IMG/VR virus record: IMGVR_UViG_3300045988_133913
Span: 2,382-66,381 of that record
Origin: a virus
Length of the DNA stretch: 64,000 nucleotides
Direction: 5' to 3' (one strand)
The notes under the pieces were generated by a model. That model was given only the letters and a program-made list of their open reading frames with translations. It was not told the DNA's origin and did no database searches. Within the stretch, counting starts at the first letter, position 1. Every line of letters starts with the position of its first letter. The position numbers were made by a program, and so were the translations under genes. Below, one piece after another: positions 49,507 through 58,462 of this stretch.

Positions 49507-50344
49507 GTTAGTGTTTTATGCGTCGTCTTTGTTGGCGCATTTCAGACATTTACAATGGCTTCCGCAGTCTTTTTCAGCAGTTACATTCACCATTTTCAGT
49601 CTATTCCGCGTGCCGGTACGTTTCGTTTTGTGTCCTTGCCAGCATCCGCGTCATGTAGTGGTTCGCGCGCTATCGTATGCACGCGGCTACATTCTTTACC
49701 GTTTCCCGCTTGCTACTTTGCTAAGGTAGCGCGCTTGTTACGTTTTCCCCTATTGTTAAAGATTGCGCCTTGCACCCGGATGAGGCTAGCGCGAGGTTAA
49801 TTCCTCAATGTATCCGATTTTTCGTGCAGCGGATAGTAGCTGCCGTGCATATTGTTTAGGTGTTAGCACTTGCCTTTGCAAGGTATGGCACGTTGTGTTG
49901 TTGTGCATTGCCTTGCTTGATGCCAGCGGCTCGCCGTAAGGCTCGCTCGCTGTATGGGGCGCATTATAGCGGTTTGTGGGTGGCTTGTCAATAGGCAATC
50001 TTGTTTTTTGTTGATTGCTTATTGCGTGATGATAGGTTGTTGGCAACCATATCAGCATCGCGCCGCCGTCATATTGTTACCGCTATAACGTCGTCCTGTT
50101 TGATTACGGTAATGCCTTTGTCGTGCCAACGTTGAAAACTATTTAGATAACATACAGATATTGGAAAACGTTGAAAGAGTAGAAAAGGATTGGCGACGGA
50201 TTAGCAGCGCAAAATTGTCGGCGAGCGGGAAATTTTTGGCGGATTGTTGTCCTTATATATTGTGCGCAGACGGCACCAACTTTTGCACGCGGTTTTGTTG
50301 TCGCCGTTTTTGTACGCTAACTTTTTCGAGCCGTCGTTGTGTTT

Positions 50345-50359
50345 TTGCTTTTGTTGCCG
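50345..50359. promoter_or_regulatory. second GC hairpin with a GTT loop (TGCCGC-GTT-GCGGCA)
   Basis: Seen directly. Same architecture as 49492-49506. Confidence 0.3.
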
Positions 50360-50369
50360 CGTTGCGGCA

Positions 50370-50560
50370 GTTTGCGACGGATTTTGTCAAGATTAAGATT
50401 TTGAAATGTTAAATGCTGAATTTTGTTAGGTAGTAGGATTCATGCGTAGTTAAGATGGATTTTGAAAAAAAATTGAATTCAATACACAAAATCTTGAATA
50501 TCTTAAATCGGAAAATTAAGGTATTGATTTTGTTCACATTTAATAGCCGAATCTTGAAAA
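50370..50560. repeat. iteron-like array of (G)AT(T/C)TTGAA repeats
   Basis: gattttgt, aagattttgaaatg, gaattttg, ggattttgaaaaaaaa, aatcttgaa, tatcttaaa, tgattttgt and aatcttgaa give about 8 copies in ~190 bp. Confidence 0.45.
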
Positions 50561-50834
50561 GGGGGGTTTTTTGTTGAATCAATATTTTATTTGTTGATTA
50601 TATATAATCCCGAAAAAAACCTGTTTGTTTTGACTATATTAAGATTGGCGATGTTAATTAACATCGGGATTTTGGGGGTTCGGCGAAAGAGAGAGGGGTT
50701 TTGTGATTGTGGGATTATTTGCACGGGCGAAAAATGATGGCGGGGTTTTTGGGATTGCACGGCGCGCAAAAAGATATTACCAAAACATGGACAACTCATT
50801 AAAACCAAAAAGGTCGAAAAAAGGAAAAAAGGGG

Positions 50835-50878
50835 GTATATATATATATATTCAATATATTATTTTTTTTTTTTTTTTT
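50835..50878. repeat. (TA)7 microsatellite followed by a T18 homopolymer (DNA-unwinding-element-like)
   Basis: tatatatatatata ... tttttttttttttttttt is visible directly. Confidence 0.8.
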
Positions 50879-51399
50879 AGCCGATTTTTTCCTCTCCCTC
50901 CTGCTGCTGTTGAATGCCGCCGCCGCCCGCAACCCCCTGTTTTTTCTAGGGTTTTTTATTTCCAGTCAATATAAATCCACATAACATTATTATTGTACAA
51001 TGTTGTAAACATTATTTGTTCAACATTTAAATCTTAACAAAAAAACCATCAACATTTTCAACACGTCTCGAAATTTATTTGCAATCCTCGAAATTCCGCT
51101 TCACGTCTACGCTTCGCGCCCCTCAAAACATTTCTGACGTGTTAATTAACATTTCCCGATTTTTTATTGACAACATTAACCTCAAATTATGTTGGTAACA
51201 TTATTCGTTATTCCAGATAATCCAATAATTCAGCGCCGCAAATGTTATTTTTCGCCGCGCTTTTCCTCGCCATTTCCGCCTGCCGTTTTACGTCATGTTC
51301 AATACTTATTAACACCCTAGTATAATTTAACGCTAATCAATCTTTGCATCTTGATAACCACGCCGCCACCTATCATCCCAAACCGAGATGATAACGTAC

Positions 51400-51540
51400 C
51401 GTGAATTTCGTGGGGCGAGGGCGTCGAAGGGGCGGAGTTGACGGGGGGACCCCGGGACTTGGACACGTGGAGTCGAGGGGGGCTGGGTGAATATATACCC
51501 ACCCCCGCAGACCACCTGCCCCTCCCAGAAATCTAAGGGA
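51400..51540. other. G-run-rich block (potential G-quadruplex/structured region)
   Basis: ggggcgagggcgtcgaaggggcggagttgacggggggaccccgggac...gaggggggctgggtg...cccacccccgc. Includes a CGGGG-GGA-CCCCG 3-nt-loop hairpin. Confidence 0.35.
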
Positions 51541-51771
51541 AACAATAATCATTCCCACCAAGCCGCCAATGCCCCCGGGAAGCCTACGTCCATTACGCTT
51601 CTTGTGGCTTTCTAATATGCTCGGGTGCAGTCTACGTAGCCCATGTCGCCACCAAGCGTCCTGTCCGCTCTCTACAGCCCGGTGCAGCCCACACCCTACC
51701 ACCCACCCCTCCCCCTGCAATCCGCCCAAGAAAAAGCCCCCCATCGCTGGAGGGCTGCCAAAAAATTTTCC

Positions 51772-52245
51772 TCACGAGCCGGGTGCAGTCTCCGCCGCTT
51801 CCTCCCCGGCTTCCTCACCAGCGTTACCCTTACGACCCTTCATCGCCTTCAGGAGGTCAATAGACTTCGCCATCACTCCCACCTGCTGTTCCAACCGTCC
51901 CTGCCCTTCTTTCAGCGCAGCAACGTCTGCAATCAATGCGTCGAGGTCGATGTTCTCTCCATCCACCATAGCTTCCGCGTAGCTGTCAGCGAAAGCCTGT
52001 GCAGTCAGAACCACACCCATCCCCGTGCCGTCAAAGACCACGTAGTGTCCAAGCGGCAACGTCACTTCCTTCCAGTCGTATTTGACAACGACGACAGGAC
52101 CTCCAGCACGCTCGGAACGCTCGCACGTGCCGCCTGCCGCTTCAACATCCGCTGAAAGCTCCGCAAAGTTATCGCCACCAGACTCATCGCCCAGCGCCAC
52201 AAACTTGAAGGCTACAATCGGTTTTTCTTTCTTGTATGCGTACAT
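51772..52245 (-). CDS. hypothetical protein, first gene of the - strand arm
   Basis: ATG 52245 (MYAYKKEK) with a GGAG SD 7 nt upstream, 157 aa. It is isolated from the rest of the arm by the 2.4-kb non-coding region. Confidence 0.45.
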   Translation of the reverse strand: MYAYKKEKPIVAFKFVALGDESGGDNFAELSADVEAAGGTCERSERAGGPVVVVKYDWKEVTLPLGHYVVFDGTGMGVVLTAQAFADSYAEAMVDGENIDLDALIADVAALKEGQGRLEQQVGVMAKSIDLLKAMKGRKGNAGEEAGEEAAETAPGS

Positions 52246-52383
52246 AATACACTCCACTTACGCCCGCCAGCCCGTGCAGCCCCATGCCGCCAGTCGCAAG
52301 CGTAGCGTGTAAGGCATTCTAAGGGTTATACATTTTTACCTCAACCCTTCCATCAGCCCAAACCGTCCTTTACAATCCCCCAC

Positions 52384-52442
52384 GCCAGCCGCAGCCTGCG
52401 ATAGCACAAGCCATTGCGGAACCCCCATACCCTGCGGCTGGC
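52384..52442. repeat. 11-bp-arm inverted repeat (GCCAGCCGCAG / CTGCGGCTGGC)
   Basis: Lies in the divergent region between the - and + arms. Confidence 0.4.
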
Positions 52443-52465
52443 GTCCCCACACTATCTCCGTTACA

Positions 52466-52503
52466 ATCTCCCATAAACCGTTAAGTGTATGGGAGATTTT
52501 TTC
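52466..52503 (+). terminator. terminator-like hairpin plus T6 immediately upstream of the packaging operon
   Basis: ATCTCCCATA / TATGGGAGAT 10-bp stem, 12-nt loop, then TTTTTT. Confidence 0.4.
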
Positions 52504-52504
52504 T

Positions 52505-53233
52505 GTGTCCTCACAAACCACCCCCACCAGTTCGCTAAACCTCAACGAGCAGGCAGCAAGCGCGTTGCGGTCTGCCACCACCCCTGCCTCAACTCCTCCC
52601 GCCGCCAAAACCACCCTCGCACCAGTCGTTCCAGACGACGCCCCGCCTCCGGTGGAGTTCACCCTGTGGGAAGTGCTGGCATCCGACCTCGCTATCGGTA
52701 TGACACCTACCCCCGCCATACTGAAAGCCTACGATATTAGCAAGGAACAACTTGACCTCCTGCAAGCCAACCCCTTCTTCCAGAAGCTGCTGCAAGCCAA
52801 GCAGGACGAAATCGCCGAGAGTTCCCGCAACCCGTCGGAAGCCGCCTTCGTGCAGAAAATGCGCTTTATCGCGGACAAGGCAACCCCCCGCCTGCTCGCG
52901 CGCCTGACCGACAACGAGACGACCAACAAGGACTTCGCCACACTCCTCCAGATGGTTGTGCGGCTTGCCCGGCGTGAACCCCCGCCGCCTCGGGACGACG
53001 CCCCGCTAGCCCCCGCGCTCACAGGCCCTACCGTTACGTTTAACATCGTCGGTGTGCCGGGGTTAGACCATCTGGCGGCAGCTCAGGTAGTGCAGGCCCC
53101 ACCCATCCCGCATACCCCCTCCCCTCCGCTCTCTCACCCGACGTCCACGCCGCCAACCCCCGACACGACCCTGCCCTCACCCGTCGGCCCTGAACCTTCC
53201 GCTGACGACCTGTTGCAGATGGGGGTGCTGTGA
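52505..53233 (+). CDS. small terminase subunit candidate
   Basis: A 242-aa ORF directly upstream of the large terminase, overlapping it by TGATG. GTG start. The call rests on position only. Confidence 0.4.
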   Translation: MSSQTTPTSSLNLNEQAASALRSATTPASTPPAAKTTLAPVVPDDAPPPVEFTLWEVLASDLAIGMTPTPAILKAYDISKEQLDLLQANPFFQKLLQAKQDEIAESSRNPSEAAFVQKMRFIADKATPRLLARLTDNETTNKDFATLLQMVVRLARREPPPPRDDAPLAPALTGPTVTFNIVGVPGLDHLAAAQVVQAPPIPHTPSPPLSHPTSTPPTPDTTLPSPVGPEPSADDLLQMGVL

Positions 53234-54714
53234 TGGCGACCACCTACCGCGCATACCCTACGATGGAGCGATTCCACGCGGACTACGGCAAATATTTCAA
53301 CCGCTTCGTCGCGGGACCCCCGGGAAGCGGCAAGTCGGTCGGAAGCGCTTTGGAGCTAATCGGTATCGGGCTGCGGCAAGAGCCCACGGCAGAAGGAATA
53401 CGCCCGACGAAATTCGCCATCATCCGCTCTACCTACGGCGAGCTGGAGCGTACCACGCTGGAAACGCTTCGCCAGTGGCTGCCGCCCCAGTACACCAAAA
53501 TCAACAGGAGCAAGCCGATAACGGTTCACTGCCGCCTGCCGCTGCCAGACCATACCATCGCCGATATGCGATTCGAGTTGATAGCCATCGAGTCCTACTT
53601 CGACCTCGGCAAGCTCGACTCGTATGAGGCGACCGCTATCTGGTTAAACGAGATGACCGGGCTGCCGAAAGAGCTGGTGGGTAAGGCGGGCGAACGGGTC
53701 GGGCGTTATCCGCCTGCGAATATGTGGGACGATGGCAAGAACCATTGCACGCTCTACTGTGTCATCGGCGACTACAACTACCCGCCCAAGGACCACTGGC
53801 TGGTCGAGTACCTCCACTCCGGCACGCTGCCACCTAACACCATGCTCTACGAGCAGCCGCCTGCGCTTATCGAGACGGTCAATCCCGACACAGGCGAGAC
53901 AACCTACGCGGTAAACCCCCACGCCGAGAACCTGACTAACCTCGACGGTGGGCAGAAATATCTGAACGACCTTGCGACCTACGAGCGCATGGGGCTGACC
54001 GATATGATTCAGACCCGCCTCTTGTGCCGCTATGGTCGTGCAGGCGGCGACGGCAAGAAGGTCTTTACCAACTTCGACAAGGACTTCCACGTGGCGGACA
54101 ACCCGCTTGAACCCGCCAAGCTCACCGACTGCCTCATCAGCATCGACACGTCAGGTATCCACCCCTGCGCGCTCATCTGGCAGCACGTGCGGTCAAAGTG
54201 GCAGATAGCCGATGGGATTTACGGCGAGGAGATGGGACTGGAGGAGTTCATCGACGACGTGCTGACACCGCTTCTTACTCTGCGCTACGCCGGATGCAAC
54301 ACGCTCTGTGTCTGCGACCCGGCAAACGCCCGCGACGCGCGCACCGCCATCACGCCTATCGACCTGCTGCGGGAAAAAGGCTACGACGCTATACCTGCGC
54401 CCACTAACCGCTTCAAGGAGCGCCTGCAAGCCAGCGAGATAATGCTGAACCGTCGCGAGAAGGGAAGCCTCGTGATTAGCCCCTCGCTTGGCGAACTGGT
54501 GGATGCGATGGACGGCGGGTATCAGTACCGCAAGCTCAAAGTCGGGGGGCTGAACACGGTCTTCTCCGCGCAGCCCGAGAAGAACAAATACAGCCACTGG
54601 GCAGATGCCTTCCAGTACGGCGCGCTGCATATCACCTCAAGTGTGCTGTCAGATGATGCGCTGGACAAAGCCAGACGGCTCGCGGCGGCGAGCTTCGCCC
54701 GCGCGCGGGCATGA
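53233..54714 (+). CDS. terminase large subunit
   Basis: Walker A-like GPPGSGKS near the N-terminus, an Asp-containing segment (ISIDTSG) consistent with the C-terminal nuclease domain, and position before the portal gene. Confidence 0.75.
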   Translation: MATTYRAYPTMERFHADYGKYFNRFVAGPPGSGKSVGSALELIGIGLRQEPTAEGIRPTKFAIIRSTYGELERTTLETLRQWLPPQYTKINRSKPITVHCRLPLPDHTIADMRFELIAIESYFDLGKLDSYEATAIWLNEMTGLPKELVGKAGERVGRYPPANMWDDGKNHCTLYCVIGDYNYPPKDHWLVEYLHSGTLPPNTMLYEQPPALIETVNPDTGETTYAVNPHAENLTNLDGGQKYLNDLATYERMGLTDMIQTRLLCRYGRAGGDGKKVFTNFDKDFHVADNPLEPAKLTDCLISIDTSGIHPCALIWQHVRSKWQIADGIYGEEMGLEEFIDDVLTPLLTLRYAGCNTLCVCDPANARDARTAITPIDLLREKGYDAIPAPTNRFKERLQASEIMLNRREKGSLVISPSLGELVDAMDGGYQYRKLKVGGLNTVFSAQPEKNKYSHWADAFQYGALHITSSVLSDDALDKARRLAAASFARARA

Positions 54715-54801
54715 CGCGCCTTCGCCTACCGCTTTCCCTGCACCTACACTACCCTGCTATAATCCCTCAACTTTTTCACGAACCAGCAAGGACCACCACT
54801 C

Positions 54802-56910
54802 ATGGCAGTCATCCAGCACATCGACGATAACCAAGACCTCAAGGCGTCTCGCATTGAGAAGACCATCACCCCGCATGAGGAGCTAGGGCTTGAGGTCATG
54901 CGCCAGTTCCGCCATGCCCGCACAGTCCGCGCCAGCAAACAGGTCGGCGAGTACACGCTCGACAAGCTGCTGCATGAGTGCTACAAGGCGCGGGACGACC
55001 AGTTGCTTTGCGACGAGGCGGAGCTGCGCGAGAAGTTCCCGCCGTGGGCAGCGATGCCTGTTAGCATCGTGGCGTTTAAGGTCAATATTCTGGTGAGCCT
55101 TATCCGTGAGACGCTGGTCGATATTAGCCGTGCGCCGTTTATCGTTGATCCTACCCCAGAGCCTGAGATTCCACAGGATGAAATCCGCGCCCGGATGCAG
55201 GCAATTTACGACGAGATTACGTCCATCAGCGCGCAGGTGGTGCAGGAGCAGCAGGCGTTCGTAGCCGGCGCAGTTGAGGGCGGCGCTGCGCCCTCCGACG
55301 CGGTAGCTTCATCCGAACTACCAGGGTTGCCTCCAGAAGCCGTCATGGAGCTTCTCAAGCAGGCTAAGGTGGAGATGCGCCAGCAGGTAATCGACCACGC
55401 CAAGCAGCAGGCGCGGTTACTGGAACAGGAGCTGTACGACAAGACGACCGAGGGCGGCTATCGCCGTGCGGTGATGGAGTTCGCGGATGACTTCGCGACT
55501 TACCCTTATGCCTGTATGCACGGACCGTTTCCGACGGTGCGCACCGAGAGTGTGTGGAAGGATAACAAGTTCACCGAGGAGACCCGGGTGTCGTGGGTAT
55601 TCGAGCGGGTGTCGCCGTTTGATTTTTACTGGACGGAAGACAGTACCAATACCCAAGACGGGACGGCGGTGTTTATCCGTAAGATGGTCGGTTATGACTA
55701 CCTCTACGACTGCCGGGAACTCGCCAAGTCCGACGATAAGAGCGGCTACCGCTTCGACGTCATCGACGAGCTTATCGAGGATGCGCAGGAAGGTCATGTG
55801 CCGCGGGAGTGGCTGCTGTGGTTCGACCAGAGCCCAGAGACCCGCCAGACGTCGCTGGAGTGGTCGCGCGGGCAGAGTGCGGAAATCCTTATCCGCTATG
55901 GGCGGTTCAGCGGGTATGAGCTGAAAGAAATGGGTTTTTTGGATTTGGAGGAAAAGAAGCTCTACGAGACGAAAATCATCATGTGCGGCGGGCAGGTTAT
56001 CTACTGCCAGATTAACAACAACCCTAGTCAGTACAAGCGCCCGGTGTTTACCGCCAGCTTCGAGAGCCGCAACAATTCCATCGTCGGCTGCGGGCTGGCA
56101 CAGAAACTCCTCTCGCTGGACAAGGCATACCGCGCCACGATGAACCTCGCGCTGTACAACCTGTCGCTGGCGAGCGAACCTGTGACCGAGGTGGAGGTTA
56201 ATCGCATCTTGCAGTACGTGCCGGATGACTGGATTGAAGACCCGAAAATCGCGCCCGGTATGGTGGTGGTTGCCGACGGCGACCGCATGGGCAACGGCTC
56301 ACGGGCTATCAAGTTCACCCAGATTCCGACAACCACCGAGGCGGCGCTGCGTCTTGCCAACTACATCTTCGAGCAGGCGCACGTTATCAGTAACATCCCC
56401 GCCGCCTTGCATGGGCAGCCTGTGGGTAGCGGGGCTAACCGCACGGTGCGTGGGCTGCTGACGCTTCAGGGCAATACGCTGAAACCCATTCAGTCAGCGC
56501 TCATGAATCTGGACTTGGGCGTTATCGAGCCGATGGTGACGCTGCTGTATATGCTGCTGGTTATGTACGACGAGGACTTCGAGTACACAGGAGACGCGAA
56601 GATTGTTGCTAAGGGCGCGGCGAGTATGGTCGAGCGCGAGATGGACAAGCAGACGGCGATGGAGAATATGCAGATTCTGGGGCAGCTTGGCGAGCTGATA
56701 CCAGAACATATCCGCCTGCCCGTCATCGAGAACCTGCTGCGCACTGCCGACATCCTGAAGCCGGGTCAGACGCTTTCGCCGCCTGTGATGCAGCAGATAG
56801 CCTCGCAGTTAGGGCAGATGCAACAAGGCGCACCAGACGGCATACCGGGACAAGCCCCGCAGCCGCAAGGTGCGCCTGTACCACAGGAGCAAACGCTCCC
56901 GCAGACGTGA
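54802..56910 (+). CDS. portal protein
   Basis: 702 aa directly after the terminase, with a Q/P-rich C-terminus. The call is by position and size. Confidence 0.6.
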   Translation: MAVIQHIDDNQDLKASRIEKTITPHEELGLEVMRQFRHARTVRASKQVGEYTLDKLLHECYKARDDQLLCDEAELREKFPPWAAMPVSIVAFKVNILVSLIRETLVDISRAPFIVDPTPEPEIPQDEIRARMQAIYDEITSISAQVVQEQQAFVAGAVEGGAAPSDAVASSELPGLPPEAVMELLKQAKVEMRQQVIDHAKQQARLLEQELYDKTTEGGYRRAVMEFADDFATYPYACMHGPFPTVRTESVWKDNKFTEETRVSWVFERVSPFDFYWTEDSTNTQDGTAVFIRKMVGYDYLYDCRELAKSDDKSGYRFDVIDELIEDAQEGHVPREWLLWFDQSPETRQTSLEWSRGQSAEILIRYGRFSGYELKEMGFLDLEEKKLYETKIIMCGGQVIYCQINNNPSQYKRPVFTASFESRNNSIVGCGLAQKLLSLDKAYRATMNLALYNLSLASEPVTEVEVNRILQYVPDDWIEDPKIAPGMVVVADGDRMGNGSRAIKFTQIPTTTEAALRLANYIFEQAHVISNIPAALHGQPVGSGANRTVRGLLTLQGNTLKPIQSALMNLDLGVIEPMVTLLYMLLVMYDEDFEYTGDAKIVAKGAASMVEREMDKQTAMENMQILGQLGELIPEHIRLPVIENLLRTADILKPGQTLSPPVMQQIASQLGQMQQGAPDGIPGQAPQPQGAPVPQEQTLPQT

Positions 56911-57183
56911 TTAGAGTTTGAGGTGGGCGGCGACGGCCGCCAGGACGCTCTGGAGTGTCTCCCACCCGCGATTGTCTCGGGGTGGCGGTATGACTACCGG
57001 GTTGTGCCAGTAAAGGCGTCTGACGCCGCCCAGTGAGCCATCAGACTCATATTTGACCGCCCGGTTGTCACCAAAGCGAACTTGGATTGAACCGAACATG
57101 GTGCTGGTTACAATGCCGTAGCCCCAGATGATGTCGTACACTTTGTCATCGACGGTGACGGTTTGGTTGTCTAGGAGTGCCAT
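56911..57183 (-). CDS. hypothetical protein encoded antisense within the late operon
   Basis: ATG 57183 with an AGAGGG SD. 90 aa. Its stop abuts the portal stop. Confidence 0.45.
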   Translation of the reverse strand: MALLDNQTVTVDDKVYDIIWGYGIVTSTMFGSIQVRFGDNRAVKYESDGSLGGVRRLYWHNPVVIPPPRDNRGWETLQSVLAAVAAHLKL

Positions 57184-57197
57184 GTTAATATACCCTC

Positions 57198-57416
57198 TTG
57201 AAGTTATTGGAGAAGGTCATGAGATTACCACCCCCGCTCAGAAAAATCCACGACAGGTTTGTTGCGTGGGCTGCCAGCCAGCGATGGCTGAATGACTACC
57301 TCATCGCGTGGGTCACGGAGGACGACGGTCAGGAGGTCGCGTGTATCTATTGCACAATCGTCCGCGTTGCACTAATATTTGGTTTTATTGGATTTATCGT
57401 AGGACTGCTGGTGTGA
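57198..57416 (+). CDS. small protein with C-terminal TM helix
   Basis: GGAGAAGG SD. VALIFGFIGFIVGLLV is a C-terminal hydrophobic helix. Confidence 0.45.
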   Translation: MKLLEKVMRLPPPLRKIHDRFVAWAASQRWLNDYLIAWVTEDDGQEVACIYCTIVRVALIFGFIGFIVGLLV

Positions 57417-57417
57417 T

Positions 57418-57918
57418 ATGCCACCGAATCTGAAAACAGGAAAGAGCCAAGTTTCCTCCGCGTCCAGCGAGGGGCTAGGGCTTCCGGGTGATTTCCGGGG
57501 GCGTGTCCATGAGTACAACGATACGAATCCGGTTGAGAATGTCGTTTACCCTTACGCGAAACAGAAGCAAGCGCTGCTGGTTGTCCAGCCGGGGCAGCAG
57601 ATGGTGCTTACCTGCTATGCCGAGTACGACACGACTAAGGTCGAGATTTACAAGGTGATGCCCAGTCAGGGCGTACCTGTGCAGGGTTCAGGCGGATGTT
57701 GCCCGGTGGTTACTATCGGGCGGAGCATCATCCTGCGCCGCGCCAAGCTGGAATGTTGGCGGTTGGATAAGTGCAATCCGGTGTTTGTGATTAAGACGCC
57801 GGGGTACTACGAGGTCGAGGTGAGTGGGGACACGTCGGAAACAACGGTGACTGCGGTGGTAACACCACTTCAGGAAGTAAATGTGTTTGCCCAAACAGCG
57901 CCTTGCGCGTGCGGGTGA
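57418..57918 (+). CDS. hypothetical structural protein
   Basis: 166 aa. Confidence 0.5.
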   Translation: MPPNLKTGKSQVSSASSEGLGLPGDFRGRVHEYNDTNPVENVVYPYAKQKQALLVVQPGQQMVLTCYAEYDTTKVEIYKVMPSQGVPVQGSGGCCPVVTIGRSIILRRAKLECWRLDKCNPVFVIKTPGYYEVEVSGDTSETTVTAVVTPLQEVNVFAQTAPCACG

Positions 57919-57928
57919 GGAGGGAAAG

Positions 57929-58459
57929 GTGAAGGCAAGGGCTGAATCTGAATACACGCCCCGCGTACTGTTCGACCGGAAGACGCGCGCTATTGACGAT
58001 TCCGGCAAGAAGGCGTATTCGGATATTTTTTATATCGCGCCCGGTGAGTCGGCGTTATTGTCGCTGTATGGCGCGCCGGAAGTGCTGAAGGGCAAGATTA
58101 CGAACGAGGATGATGGCATCCTGCAAATAGAATCCGATAGCTGTTTCGTGCTGTACAAAGTGTCGTTTGGTCCGGTGGCATCGCTTCACGTCGAGCGTCA
58201 ATGCGGCGAGCGGGTGAACATTCAGGATGAGTACGACAAGCTGGTGGCAAACCGCCAAGTGTTCTTCGAGCCTGTGCGCCGCTGCGGCGACTTGTGGACG
58301 ATGAGCGGCTGCGATAACTACGCGATGCTGAACATTCCGGGGTTCTATATGTTTGAAGTATCTGACCCGGAATTGTTTAATATTACACGTTTGGAAATGG
58401 TTAAACAAAATGTGTTTGAAACAAACGCTGTACCGGATAATTTTAAGTTTGGGAGTTGA
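57929..58459 (+). CDS. hypothetical structural protein
   Basis: GTG 57929 with a GGAGGG SD. The track's earlier start overlaps the previous gene. Confidence 0.45.
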   Translation: MKARAESEYTPRVLFDRKTRAIDDSGKKAYSDIFYIAPGESALLSLYGAPEVLKGKITNEDDGILQIESDSCFVLYKVSFGPVASLHVERQCGERVNIQDEYDKLVANRQVFFEPVRRCGDLWTMSGCDNYAMLNIPGFYMFEVSDPELFNITRLEMVKQNVFETNAVPDNFKFGS

Positions 58460-58462
58460 GAA

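Noticed and set aside
50370-50560. CRISPR array
   Set aside because: The repeats are 8-10 nt, irregularly spaced and degenerate. They look like iterons, not 25-40-nt CRISPR repeats with unique spacers. No cas genes.
50161-50984. Track ORFs 50161-50412 and 50703-50984 (+) in the big non-coding region
   Set aside because: Low-complexity translations driven by homopolymer and iteron sequence. No SD. Inconsistent with the surrounding architecture.
51400-51440. The CGGGG-GGA-CCCCG hairpin as an N4-type vRNAP promoter
   Set aside because: Only stem length and loop size match. Flanking conserved bases are unknown and vRNAP identity is unconfirmed. Kept only as a note within the non-coding-region finding.
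49331-52500. tRNA genes in the non-coding regions
   Set aside because: I could not find a 70-90-nt cloverleaf with a GTTCRANYC T-arm in 49331-51771, 29868-30192 or 21547-21638. Not excluded without tRNAscan-SE.
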